Shown: positions 1 through 46,454, counted from the stretch's first letter. The stretch is 64,000 bases of DNA from Bugula neritina (GCA_964035545.1 OZ037765.1:8442698-8506697); one strand, 5' to 3'. Notes: generated by a model from the letters alone, not told the origin. Numbers and translations: made by a program.

Positions 1-132
1 TTCTGTCAAAAAGAGACTTCAAACATTGAAGAATAAGTAGTGAATTGTTTTCAAGAGATGTAAGAAAACTTTCTAGGTTTGAGTCAAGTTACAAATTATA
101 CATCTATGTGGATCTGCGTATTCTGGCTGTAC

Positions 133-35771
<35,639 letters not shown>

Positions 35772-37574
35772 CTTAAGTTGTTATGCCAGCAATATTATAC
35801 CATATTCATCTAAAAGAAATAATTAGAAATAGAATATATAGACACAGTGCGTATCATTAAAGCAAGTCTATATGTAGTAGTGATGATCACAGTTAAGAAG
35901 TAAATCAAGTTTAAATACGTCTTGTAACGTTAAGCTTTTTAAGCGATCTAAAAGATGATGAAAGAAAATAAGATATGCAAAAATTTTGTGATACATATTA
36001 TGAACAACAAATAACATTAAAATCTTAAAAATACTAAAAGTTGACAAAAATTTGGAAGCAACTTTTTTACAACACTCTATTTTTAAACAAAATCGAAATT
36101 GAGTGCAACTTTATTCCCGACACACCAGTAAAAACTGAGTAATGAGTACTTTGCAAGTTCATTATAAAGAATTTTATTTTTGCATTTAGGGCTGTAAAAT
36201 ATCAAAAATGTTCTTAATTTATATTTTAGCTTATATTCACTACACTAGTTAAAGCCTAGATATACATAATATGTAGCCTAAATATAGTAAAAAATGAATA
36301 ATCTAGTAAATAAAATAAAAATTGTTATAAAAAGCTAACAGTTTTATGGTTTAATTGCAAAATATTAAAAAGCAATAGGAGATATTTATCCAGTCAACTT
36401 GTGTATTATCTTACAAGAGTAGCATGATTTAAATTATATTCTCAATATATGTATATGTTTAATAAACTTATATCATAGCCAGAGCAAGCACAAAGGCATA
36501 TGCTGAAGCAAATTTTAACATCCAGAAACAAAAAAATTAGTAGTCACTAATATAAACTACGAAGTTTACCCAAGTTAAAAATTACAATGAAAAAACTTAA
36601 TCAAACTACAAGAGGCACCTAAATGTAGAAACGATTAAGTAAATCTTGTAAACATACAAAAGGCTAAATTTTGGTGACTGAAGATTTCAGATAAAACTTA
36701 AACTTAGCACATAATCACAATATAAACATCTTGACTTGCGTTAAGATAAAAAGCAAATATAATTAGTTTATTAAATAAATACATGAAAACAATATCAGTA
36801 AAACTTTTAATTAACAATAGCATACGTACAGTATTCAAAACGGAAACTTTTTTTGTTTTAAAGTTAGCATAATGTAAATATTATTAATGCAATTATTTAG
36901 CTACATAAAGATTAAATACAAATTACATAACGAAGTCATTAAAAATAAAAAAATCACATTGACATGGCCATAAAATAACTAATATCTTGAAATTTTTAGT
37001 AAAAATAACCATAGTTGATAGAATAAAAACAGATTTAGCTTGAAATGTACTAAGATTTAGAGCATTCGCTTAACTATAAATACTAATATAATAAATATAA
37101 AATAGACTTATAACTATAACCGTATAAGTATAAAAATTATTACAATGGTGGGCAGTAGGCTACGACTGTGACTTATCATTATGACTATCAGTATCACTCA
37201 ATCAGTATTATTATGATTATGTCAATGTGAAATCAACATTTGCTTTAAAAACTATTACTTTTATTTGACGTATTACTCAATTTGTGAAATGTTTATTCTT
37301 ACTACTACGAGTTTATATTTGTGAGTTAGTATTCAACAGATAATCATAATAAAGTTAAACAACTTCAAGTCAAAGCAAAAATCTCAATCTGAATCTGGCA
37401 CCGTGATTACGCTCTTTTAACTGTGTTAGAAATTAAAAAAGCAAAGTTATTTAAACTGCACGTAAAGACACAAGCAAAATTTAAAAAAAATGTTGTTTCA
37501 CATAACACTTCATCTGTTATAGCATAAAAATGTCAAATTTCTAGCTATTTAAGACATTGAAGCACTAAAACAGC

Positions 37575-37790
37575 CATGTTGTTTCTTTGGAGATCACGCG
37601 TTGCTGTTGGATGCGAGAATTTGAAACGAGAATGAAATCTTATTAGGTCGATAAGTTTTCTGCCTACATTCTTTTGACGAATGTTCTGACAAATACGCTA
37701 GGATAACGAGGCATTAGAGGGCCAATTTTCGAAAGTCGGATTGCCGGAAACAAACGATGTAGATCGCCGAGTCCATATCCTCACTAGTGC
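37575..37790. promoter_or_regulatory. Candidate shared (bidirectional) promoter with RFX X-box-like motifs
   Basis: Locally CpG-rich patch between the divergent dynein and liprin genes. GTTTCTTTGGAGAT (37581-37594), GTTGCTGTTGGATGC (37600-37614) and ATTGCCGGAAAC (37740-37751) resemble X-boxes. Both genes have a splice acceptor just before their ATG, so their transcription starts should lie further out in this interval. Confidence 0.5.
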
Positions 37791-37984
37791 TTACAAATAA
37801 ATACTATCGGTGTTATATACTCTTACTAAAACTAACGGTAATTTAAATTAGGCTGTAGTTTAAAATTAATGTTTCATGTACTCAAGCATGGCTTTTGTCT
37901 TTTATAAAAATATACAATCAACAAATTGTTTGCATATAATCGGAATTTAAATTAATATATTTCAAGTCTAAGAGTAACACTAAC

Positions 37985-38480
37985 TGTAAGTAGTACTACT
38001 ACTACTACTAGTAGTAGTACTAGTAGTAGTACTACTACTAGTACTAGTAGTAGTACTACTAGTACTAGTAGTACTAGTGACATTGTGACAGTCACAGTGT
38101 GTAGTAGTAGTAGTACTAGTAGAGTACTAGTACCATCAATCTAAAAGTAGAAGTACTGCGTCTACTACTACTAGTACTAGTAGTAGTACTACTACTACCA
38201 GGTCTAGTAGTAGTACTACTACCAGTAGACGTAGCGGTAGTGCTCTTACTGTGACACTGACTGTTAGTGTCAGACTAAGTGTGTCAACTACTACTAGTAG
38301 TACTACTAATAGTAATAGTACAGTGCAGTAGTACTACATCTACTAGTAGTACAGTAGATGTAGTACTACATCTACTCGTAGTACAGTAGTACTAGTACTA
38401 CATCACTGGTAGTACTAGTACTAGTAGTACTGCTACCAGTGAAGTAGTACTGCTAGTGCTGCTAGTACTACGTCTAGTAT
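37985..38480. repeat. Palindromic TAC/GTA (AGTACT, ACTAGT) low-complexity array
   Basis: Alternating (TAC)n and (TAG)n blocks that are mutual reverse complements; decays into AT-rich 3-periodic sequence out to about 39200. Confidence 0.9.
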
Positions 38481-39554
38481 TATTATATTATTAAATTTAA
38501 TACGAAAAGTAATACCATTTGAGTGTTGATTATGATACTATTTTTATTACTAATAGTAATACTAATAGTAATCGTACACTTACAGTAATACTAATATATT
38601 TACTAATAGACATAATAAATATAATTTGTTAGTTGATAATATTCTAATTATCATTATGGTTTATTAAATAGTAAATTTAATTATGTTTACTATAACTAAT
38701 ACTATAAGTATATGTAATACTAATGCTAATCATATTGGTATTGCTATTAGTATTAGTATAATTATAACAATATTAATAATCAGTAGTAATAATAAATATA
38801 ATATTATGATTACTATTTTCATTGTGATAATGGTTATCTCTAATTCTATTATTATTACTATAGCTATTCCTATTGCCTATTAGTATTACTGTTAATGTTA
38901 TCATTAGGCATTAGGTTAAACCAGTAAACTTGGTTAGTAGTTACTAATAGTGATACTAATAGTAATAGTAATCCTGATATTGCTACTAGTAGGGGTAATA
39001 ATAATTTATAAATATTTTTAGTGCTATAATTATTAGATTTGCTATTGTAATTTAATAATTATGAAATATTATTACTTTGCATTTGCATGATTGTGATAAT
39101 TACTGTCAATGCTAATTGTAGTGATACTAAGAGTAACACTAACAGTAACTTTTATATAATTACAGTAATTGTCAGTGTCACAGCTACTTTAAACTTTAAA
39201 TTATTTATAAGTTAGTATCACTGTCTAACCTTTATGTATGAACATTTTTTTTAATTTATCTATTTTTTGATTTCAAGTAACAATAAAAAGATTTCGTTGC
39301 TCTGGTTTTATGTAAGAATAAGAAGATTTTTTCATATGTAACTGTTACACCTATCCTTCATTATGTTATTAGTCATTTGTTTATTTTTGTCCTAGGTGAT
39401 TATTTGATTGTCTATGTTTGTGTAGTGCAAATATAAAAATATTTTTATTCCTGGCTGCATTGGCATTATAATATCAAGTGATATCACTAAGGCTGCCTAA
39501 TCAACATGTAGCAATGACTAATGGTGTTGCTACTAATTGTTATTTTTCTTGCAG

Positions 39555-39702
39555 CTGGTAATAAAAACTGGCTGAAAACATTACGTTGGTCATTTTGAAA
39601 TAGGGAAATGGAGCAATAAACGCTCATACTTTGATCACCAGTCCAAGATCCAAAAGGAATTAGTGTGACTTTGGAGTGATCAAAACAAGACTAATTGCAA
39701 AA
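39555..39702 (+). other. Candidate non-coding 5'UTR exon of liprin-alpha
   Basis: Acceptor tatttttcttgcag ending at 39554 and donor gtaggt at 39703; no transcript evidence. Confidence 0.3.
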
Positions 39703-40172
39703 GTAGGTTGGTTTGTAATATATTATGTTGTATGCAAAATGAAATTATCATATTGATTCTGCTGATCTAGAAATGACAGTCTCCAGTGCTGTTGAAAATA
39801 TGAATTAAAGGTTTATTATGTTGCAGGTAATAAAATAGTTGTATTGGCCAATGGCCTATTTGTTGAGTAAACATGTACTACTAAAACAAATACTACTGAA
39901 TACATATTTAAAGGACTAAACCTACTTGGGCTAATTTATATCAATCTTATTAAATACAAAACACTGGCAGCATCATTTGGCTGGCAAACACTGTTTTGGG
40001 TTATAATATTTGGACTATGTAAGTTGCTAATCCTAAATCATTTATTTTTGTGGTAATACCTGCGGAAGTTGCTTTCCTGTGACCACACATAGAGCTGTAT
40101 TACTTTTACGGTGGCCGTACTAGTAGGGGGTGCAAACTTATCTTCATTGGATATTATAAACTTGTTGCAATG

Positions 40173-40731
40173 TGTCACAAATTCTGAGTGTACATATATC
40201 TATAGACCTACCAGGTTTTTCCTAATGATTATACAGGAATGTTCATAAATATTCTAGACTAATCAAAGAGATGGGTCATTGTTCATTGTTACTGTTTTCG
40301 TTAGTCATGTTAACTACTGCCCAGCAATGTAAACAAGGTATTGCGCAATAATTGCGAAATAACCATGGAAATTCCAATGTTTTGTTTTGTTTTGATTTTC
40401 TATAAATAGTATTGGCATGTGGGGAATGTTTTCTACTAGAATCTTCTGTACTGGAATGCTTGAGAATATTCTAGAGCTTTTTGTTTACTATAAATACTGA
40501 GGCAGTTGTGTTTACAGTTCAGTTCATTCTCGCAGTTCCTTTTTATAAGTTCATTCTTGGAGTTCATTTTTACAAATTCATCTGTGCATATCTTACTAGA
40601 GAAATAAAGTCTACTTATTCACAACTCTATTTACTCACAACTGGATTAGCAAGCTGTATGCTACTTGTCTATACACTTCCGACTACCAGACTTTTCGAAC
40701 TCGTCACACTGCTACCAACAGTTTTGTGACA
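40173..40731 (+). repeat. 5' LTR (559 bp)
   Basis: Begins TGTCACAAA, ends TTTGTGACA (9-bp terminal inverted repeat); TATAAA motifs near 40401 and 40489, AATAAA near 40603; I see no difference from the 3' copy. Confidence 0.97.
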
Positions 40732-40733
40732 AT

Positions 40734-40750
40734 TGGGGGCTGCTCCGGGA
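40734..40750 (+). promoter_or_regulatory. Primer-binding site, tRNA-Pro-like
   Basis: TGGGGGCTGCTCCGGGA, 2 nt after the 5' LTR; the classical tRNA-Pro PBS is TGGGGGCTCGTCCGGGAT (15 of 17 positions match). Confidence 0.8.
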
Positions 40751-40827
40751 AGTCTCAGTCGCACACAGGGAAGTTATTAGTTACAACGTGAGTATACACA
40801 GGATTAATTAACAGTTGTTGAGACATT

Positions 40828-43800
40828 ATGGCGTTGTTGGAGAGAGTGACACAGATGGGTAAAGATCTTGGACTGGTGGAGGACAAGCTCGTAGCTTTTG
40901 TTGAAAAGAACCTACCCATTGTTGCTGCACAAGAGGAAAAAGAAAAGGCACGAGAGGAAAAAGAAAAAGACCGAGAGGAAAAAGAAAAGGACCGAGAGGA
41001 GCGTAGATTAGAGCGTGAGGCGGAAAGGATCAAGCAAGAAAATGAGAAAGCCTTAATGGAAATGAAGATAAAAGCTGACCAGGAGGCAGAAGAGAGAAGA
41101 CAACGACATGAATTAGATATGGAAAAGCTGAAAGCAAACACAAGTTTGGAGCACTCAAGACATGAGAGCACCAGGTTAGAAATAGCTAACAAACCAAAAC
41201 CAAAAATACCATTCTTTGATGAGAAGGTGGATGAAATGGATAGCTATTTAGAGCGGTTCGAGTGGGTTGCCGAAGGATGTAACTGGGACAACAGAGATTG
41301 GCCCTACCATCTCAGTCAGTACCTAAGGGGTACAGCAACAGAAGCTTACATCCGGTTGTCACCTACCGATCGTAGAGATTATAAAAAAGTCAAAGAAGCC
41401 TTGTTGGAGCGCTTTAACTTGACTCAAGAGGGCTACAGAAAAAAGCTCAGAGAGGCAGAAGCTTACGAGGATGAAACTCCTGCCCAACTGTTCACTAGGA
41501 TAGAAAGTTATGTGCACAAGTGGGTGGAGCTTTCAGGGGGCATGGACATAGCCAAACTAGTGGCAACTGAACAATTTATATCATCATGCCCAGACGACCT
41601 AGCTGTGCATTTAAAGCAAAGTTTCTACAACAGCAGTGAGGATATGTGTGATGCAGCATCACTGTTTTTGCACGCCCGTGGAAGAAAACTAGCAAAGACT
41701 AAGAAAACTAATACAAAAAGGATGGAAAACACACCCACCGGTAGCATGAATGCTGAACAAGGAAGTAAAAGCGATGGGGCATGCTTTATCTGCAAAGATA
41801 AGTCACACATTGCTCGTAACTGCCCACGGCGAGGAAAGAAGTATTGTTCACATTGCAAGATGAACAATCACAATACTTCAGACTGCAGAAAGTACGGTGG
41901 AAGGTCAGTGCATGCTGCTGCTGCAATAGCGACTACTCAGAATAAGACTGTGGTCACAGATCCAGGAATCTCATCTAAAGTGGAAGAGCCTACGGAAATC
42001 ACAGTTAATGGTAAAAAGTTTGTCAACGCTGCTGTCTGCAAGAATGGACCTAAATTCAAAGATGGGGGCACAGCTATATTTGATGCAGAAGTTAATGGCC
42101 GACGAGCTACTGTAATGCGCGACACCGGCTGTGGTTGCATTGTAGTCAATGCAAAGTATGTGCAACCTCAACACTTAACTGGAGAATCAGTTTATCTGAA
42201 TATGGCTGATGCAAGTGTTAGGGAGGCCCAATGGGCACTTATCTCAGTGCGCTCACCATTTTACAATGGTGTCGTCAAAGCTGCAGTAATGGACAAGACT
42301 ATTTGTGACCTGCTTATTGGGAATGTGGACGGAGCGAGATCAGCTGACCAGCCACTGGAAAACTGGAAGGACTGCGCCGTAACCACAAGAGCTCAAGCTG
42401 TCAAGGAAAAGTCAGGAGACAAACCACTGATGATTGATTCAAATGCTAACCCATTAAGTATAGGGAAAGATGAGATAGCCAGACTGCAGAGGGATGACCC
42501 CACATTGGAACGTTTCTTCGATGCAAAAGAAGTGAAGGAGAAAAAGGGATGCACCACTAGGTTTGTGGTGAGGAATAAGATTCTGTACCGTGAGTACACC
42601 GACTCGAAGTCTGTCAGTGTAAAACCTGTTAAACAACTCATGGTACCCAGTTCACTGAGGAAGGAAGTTCTACAGAAAGCTCATGACTGCATAATGAGCG
42701 GACACCTAGGAGTAAAGAAAACCACTGATAGAGTGCTTTCCAACTTCTTCTGGCCAGGACTAAATGGAGATGTCGTACGTTTCTGTCAATCATGTGACAT
42801 TTGCCAGAAGACGGTGAAAAAAGGCTCAGTCATGAAAGTTCCAGTACAGGAAACTCCACTGATTGACACCCCATTCAAGAGATGTGCAATAGACCTAATC
42901 GGACCAATTAACCCTCCAAGTGAGAAAGGACACCGCTACATCCTAACTTTAGTTGACTATGCTACAAGATATCCTGAAGCTACACCATTGAAGAACATTG
43001 ACTCAGCTACTGTAGCTGAAGCGCTGCTTGACATGTACAGTCGCGTTGGAATACCAGAGGAGGTGATAAGCGATCAAGGAACTCAATTCATCTCGGACTA
43101 CATGAAAGAGTTTACCAGATTACTTGACATGCGACAACTTCCTACCTCACCATACCATGCAATGGCCAATGGACTTGTGGAAAAGTTCAACGGAACCCTC
43201 AAGAGTATGTTAAAAAAGTTGTGTGCTAAAGAACCAAGACAGTGGCATCGGTTCATCAATGCGGCTCTATTTGCATATAGAGAAGTCCCACAGGAATCAA
43301 CAGGCTTCGCCCCATTTGAGTTACTCTATGGAAGAACTGTGCGTGGACCAATGTACATCCTGCGACAACTTTGGACAAAGGAAGACACTGCCGATGAAGT
43401 CAAGACCTGCTATCAGCATGTTTTTGAATTGAGAGAGCGTTTAGATGACATGATGGAAATGGCACTAGCTTCGCTAAAAGACAGTCAAAAAAGATACAAA
43501 CACTATTTTGACAAGAAAGCTAAGCAGAGAGACTTCAAATCTGGTGACAAAGTGCTCATTCTTCTACCTACGGATGGAAATAAATTGCTGATGCATTGGC
43601 AAGGACCATTCAATATTGAGGAGAAAGTCAGACTGAATGACTACATTATCAACATTAGAGGCAAGAGGAGAACATACCATGCCAACATGCTGAAGAAATA
43701 TTTTGAGCGGGAGACGCCTACCGACCCTATGACTGTTGGAGCTGTGATGACTTTAGATGCTGCTGGTACTGGAATTATTGATCATGATGAGGAAAGAGAA

Positions 43801-45264
43801 GAAGGCCAAGATGATTTGTTGGACCTGTACAGTAAGAAACAGCAGACAGAAACAAGCAAAGATGTCATTCTGGGTGAAGAGCTGGAGAATCAGCAAAGAA
43901 GACAGCTGGAGGAGTTACTAAGAGAGTTTGAAGGTATCTTCAGTGACTTGCCAGGAAATGCAACGGGAATAGAACATTCTATCGAGCTCACGACTGATGA
44001 GCCAGTGAAATCCAAACCATATGGATTGCCCTACAGGGTAAGAGAAACTCTCAAGGCGGACATCGAGGACATGTTGAAGATGGGTGTTATTCGGCCATCT
44101 ACCTCTCCTTACGCCTCACCAACGGTGATAGTAAAGAAGCCAGATGGAAGCAACAGGATTTGTATAGACTATCGCAAACTAAACCGAGTCTCAGTATTCG
44201 ATCCTGAACCAATGGTGAAAACAGATGACATTTTCAGAAAGCTCAGTAAAGATAAATACTTTACCAAACTTGATTTATCCAAGGGATACTGGCAAATACC
44301 AGTGAAGAAAGAAGATATTCCTAAAACTGCATTTGTGACACCCGATGGACATTATGAATTCATCAAGATGCCATTTGGGATGGTTAACTCTGGAGCGACA
44401 CTGGTGAGAGGGTTGAGAAAACTTTTTGTAAATCTGAAAGGAGTGGACAACTACATTGATGACATTCTAGTGCACACGGAAAGTTGGGAAGAACACGTTA
44501 AAATGCTAACAGAAGTTTTCAGCCGACTTGCCACAGCTGGACTTACCGTTAGACCAAGTAAATGTAGAGTAGGAGGAACAAACATGGAGTTCATCGGACA
44601 TAAACTTTACAGGGGTGAAATCAAACCAATGGATGACAACATTGAGAAAATTAGGGCTGCGCCAAGGCCAACCAATAAGACGCAAGTGAGATCGTTCATT
44701 GGACTTACTAGTTACTACAGAGAATATATACCTCATTATTCAACTATAGCGAGTCCACTAACAGATTTAACAAAGAAGGGAGAACCAAAGAAAGTCAAAT
44801 GGCAGGAACCACAAGAGAAGGCGTACACCACCTTAAAAACAATGCTGACAAGTGCACCAATTTTAAAATTGCCAGATGTACACAAACCGTTTGTGCTAAG
44901 GACGGATGCATCAGATGTTGGGCTAGGGGCAGTGCTGATGCAGCCTCAGGATGGAAAGCTGTTCCCTGTGAGTTACGCAAGTAGGAAATTACTAGACCGA
45001 GAGAGAAACTACTCAGCCATAGAGAAGGAATGCTTAGCTGTGGTATGGGCGGTCAAGAAATATCTACAATATTTATATGGTGCCGAGTTTGTGCTGCAGA
45101 CTGATCACCAACCGCTGGTGTACATCAACCAGGCCAAATTTGAGAACAGCAGAGTGATGAGATGGGCTATGTATTTACAGAACTTCAGAATCAAGGTGGA
45201 GTCAATCAAAGGAAAGGACAATGTTGGAGCTGATTATCTAAGCCGAATTGACTCAGAATTTTAA
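40828..45264 (+). CDS. Gag-Pol polyprotein, 1478 aa: coiled coil, capsid (SCAN-like), 2x CCHC, protease, integrase, RT, RNase H
   Basis: Zinc knuckles CFICKDKSHIARNC and CSHCKMNNHNTSDC; protease DTG (42121); integrase HHCC (AHDCIMSGHLG...CQSCDIC), DLIGP / SDQGTQF / NGLVEKFN, WQGPF; RT LDLSKGYWQ, MPFG, YIDD (44452); RNase H TDAS, EKECLA, TDH, ADYLSR. Confidence 0.98.
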   Translation: MALLERVTQMGKDLGLVEDKLVAFVEKNLPIVAAQEEKEKAREEKEKDREEKEKDREERRLEREAERIKQENEKALMEMKIKADQEAEERRQRHELDMEKLKANTSLEHSRHESTRLEIANKPKPKIPFFDEKVDEMDSYLERFEWVAEGCNWDNRDWPYHLSQYLRGTATEAYIRLSPTDRRDYKKVKEALLERFNLTQEGYRKKLREAEAYEDETPAQLFTRIESYVHKWVELSGGMDIAKLVATEQFISSCPDDLAVHLKQSFYNSSEDMCDAASLFLHARGRKLAKTKKTNTKRMENTPTGSMNAEQGSKSDGACFICKDKSHIARNCPRRGKKYCSHCKMNNHNTSDCRKYGGRSVHAAAAIATTQNKTVVTDPGISSKVEEPTEITVNGKKFVNAAVCKNGPKFKDGGTAIFDAEVNGRRATVMRDTGCGCIVVNAKYVQPQHLTGESVYLNMADASVREAQWALISVRSPFYNGVVKAAVMDKTICDLLIGNVDGARSADQPLENWKDCAVTTRAQAVKEKSGDKPLMIDSNANPLSIGKDEIARLQRDDPTLERFFDAKEVKEKKGCTTRFVVRNKILYREYTDSKSVSVKPVKQLMVPSSLRKEVLQKAHDCIMSGHLGVKKTTDRVLSNFFWPGLNGDVVRFCQSCDICQKTVKKGSVMKVPVQETPLIDTPFKRCAIDLIGPINPPSEKGHRYILTLVDYATRYPEATPLKNIDSATVAEALLDMYSRVGIPEEVISDQGTQFISDYMKEFTRLLDMRQLPTSPYHAMANGLVEKFNGTLKSMLKKLCAKEPRQWHRFINAALFAYREVPQESTGFAPFELLYGRTVRGPMYILRQLWTKEDTADEVKTCYQHVFELRERLDDMMEMALASLKDSQKRYKHYFDKKAKQRDFKSGDKVLILLPTDGNKLLMHWQGPFNIEEKVRLNDYIINIRGKRRTYHANMLKKYFERETPTDPMTVGAVMTLDAAGTGIIDHDEEREEGQDDLLDLYSKKQQTETSKDVILGEELENQQRRQLEELLREFEGIFSDLPGNATGIEHSIELTTDEPVKSKPYGLPYRVRETLKADIEDMLKMGVIRPSTSPYASPTVIVKKPDGSNRICIDYRKLNRVSVFDPEPMVKTDDIFRKLSKDKYFTKLDLSKGYWQIPVKKEDIPKTAFVTPDGHYEFIKMPFGMVNSGATLVRGLRKLFVNLKGVDNYIDDILVHTESWEEHVKMLTEVFSRLATAGLTVRPSKCRVGGTNMEFIGHKLYRGEIKPMDDNIEKIRAAPRPTNKTQVRSFIGLTSYYREYIPHYSTIASPLTDLTKKGEPKKVKWQEPQEKAYTTLKTMLTSAPILKLPDVHKPFVLRTDASDVGLGAVLMQPQDGKLFPVSYASRKLLDRERNYSAIEKECLAVVWAVKKYLQYLYGAEFVLQTDHQPLVYINQAKFENSRVMRWAMYLQNFRIKVESIKGKDNVGADYLSRIDSEF
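40933..41000 (+). repeat. 21-bp coding tandem repeat in gag (EEKEKAR/EEKEKDR, ~3 copies)
   Basis: GAGGAAAAAGAAAAGG(C/A)(A/C)CGA units visible; heptad-length. Confidence 0.85.
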
Positions 45265-45298
45265 GTAGTTAGGAGAAATGATCAAGATAATTTCTCTT

Positions 45299-45310
45299 AG
45301 AATGGGGGGT
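45299..45310 (+). promoter_or_regulatory. Polypurine tract
   Basis: AGAATGGGGGGT immediately before the 3' LTR. Confidence 0.85.
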
Positions 45311-45869
45311 TGTCACAAATTCTGAGTGTACATATATCTATAGACCTACCAGGTTTTTCCTAATGATTATACAGGAATGTTCATAAATATTCTAGACTAA
45401 TCAAAGAGATGGGTCATTGTTCATTGTTACTGTTTTCGTTAGTCATGTTAACTACTGCCCAGCAATGTAAACAAGGTATTGCGCAATAATTGCGAAATAA
45501 CCATGGAAATTCCAATGTTTTGTTTTGTTTTGATTTTCTATAAATAGTATTGGCATGTGGGGAATGTTTTCTACTAGAATCTTCTGTACTGGAATGCTTG
45601 AGAATATTCTAGAGCTTTTTGTTTACTATAAATACTGAGGCAGTTGTGTTTACAGTTCAGTTCATTCTCGCAGTTCCTTTTTATAAGTTCATTCTTGGAG
45701 TTCATTTTTACAAATTCATCTGTGCATATCTTACTAGAGAAATAAAGTCTACTTATTCACAACTCTATTTACTCACAACTGGATTAGCAAGCTGTATGCT
45801 ACTTGTCTATACACTTCCGACTACCAGACTTTTCGAACTCGTCACACTGCTACCAACAGTTTTGTGACA
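45311..45869 (+). repeat. 3' LTR (559 bp)
   Basis: Copy of the 5' LTR at offset 5138; followed by TSD CAATG. Confidence 0.97.
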
Positions 45870-46266
45870 CAATGCTTCTGTTATTAGTAATAAATGGATA
45901 TTAAGATACGTTGCTTACACGTATTTGTTACAAGATTTGCCTGCCCACCATATTAAAAAGTCAGCTGTAAGGATACTGGAGTACGTTTGATATAAAGTAG
46001 TTATTGTAAATTGACTAAGGTATATTTTGAGATTTACTATGCAACATTTCAAAATGGTTATTTAAACTTTTACTATAAGCTGCAGCCTAAAGTCTATTTG
46101 CCACATTAAGGGTTAAATTTGTAAGACCGGTGGTGTATGCATAAAGGGTTTTCTGTTTCCTCCAACCAGCTGTGCCGAAATTGAATCTCTTGCTGCATAA
46201 GTTTACAATATATCTGAAATTGTTGATTCAGATAATTAGCTCTATAGTAAAGTATAATTTTAAATA

Positions 46267-46454
46267 CAATGCTCCCTCCATATCTCACTAAGGGACCGAA
46301 ACCTCAATTCGTGACATAGTAGAATACCAGATTTAACGCTCAGCTCCTTTAAATTCGGCCATTTTGTCCCTATACATAAAATGTGGCCCAAGCCCTTCTC
46401 GTAACCTGTGGAATTTTGTAAGAACTGGGTTCGTGAGATATGGAGGAATTGTTG
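46267..46454. mobile_element. Tc1/mariner/pogo-type MITE, 188 bp
   Basis: TA|CAATGCTCCCTCCATATCTCAC ... GTGAGATATGGAGGAATTGTTG|TA: 22-bp imperfect TIRs with TA on both sides. Confidence 0.7.

Larger units (their letters stand above)
40173..45869 (+). mobile_element. Full-length Ty3/Gypsy LTR retrotransposon, Gmr1-like (integrase before RT)
   Basis: Two 559-bp LTRs bounded TG...CA, 5-bp TSD CAATG (40168-40172 and 45870-45874), PBS, PPT and one intact gag-pol ORF. Confidence 0.97.

Noticed and set aside
38683-38883. Ile-rich 66-aa ORF
   Set aside because: Product of 3-periodic AT-rich low-complexity DNA.
40755-41192. 145-aa antisense ORF over gag
   Set aside because: Ser/Phe-rich mirror of the purine-rich EEKEK repeat; expected by composition.
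40481-45867. Identical 82-aa ORFs at 40481-40729 and 45619-45867
   Set aside because: TTG-started open frames inside the two LTR copies; identity reflects LTR duplication and there is no recognisable motif.
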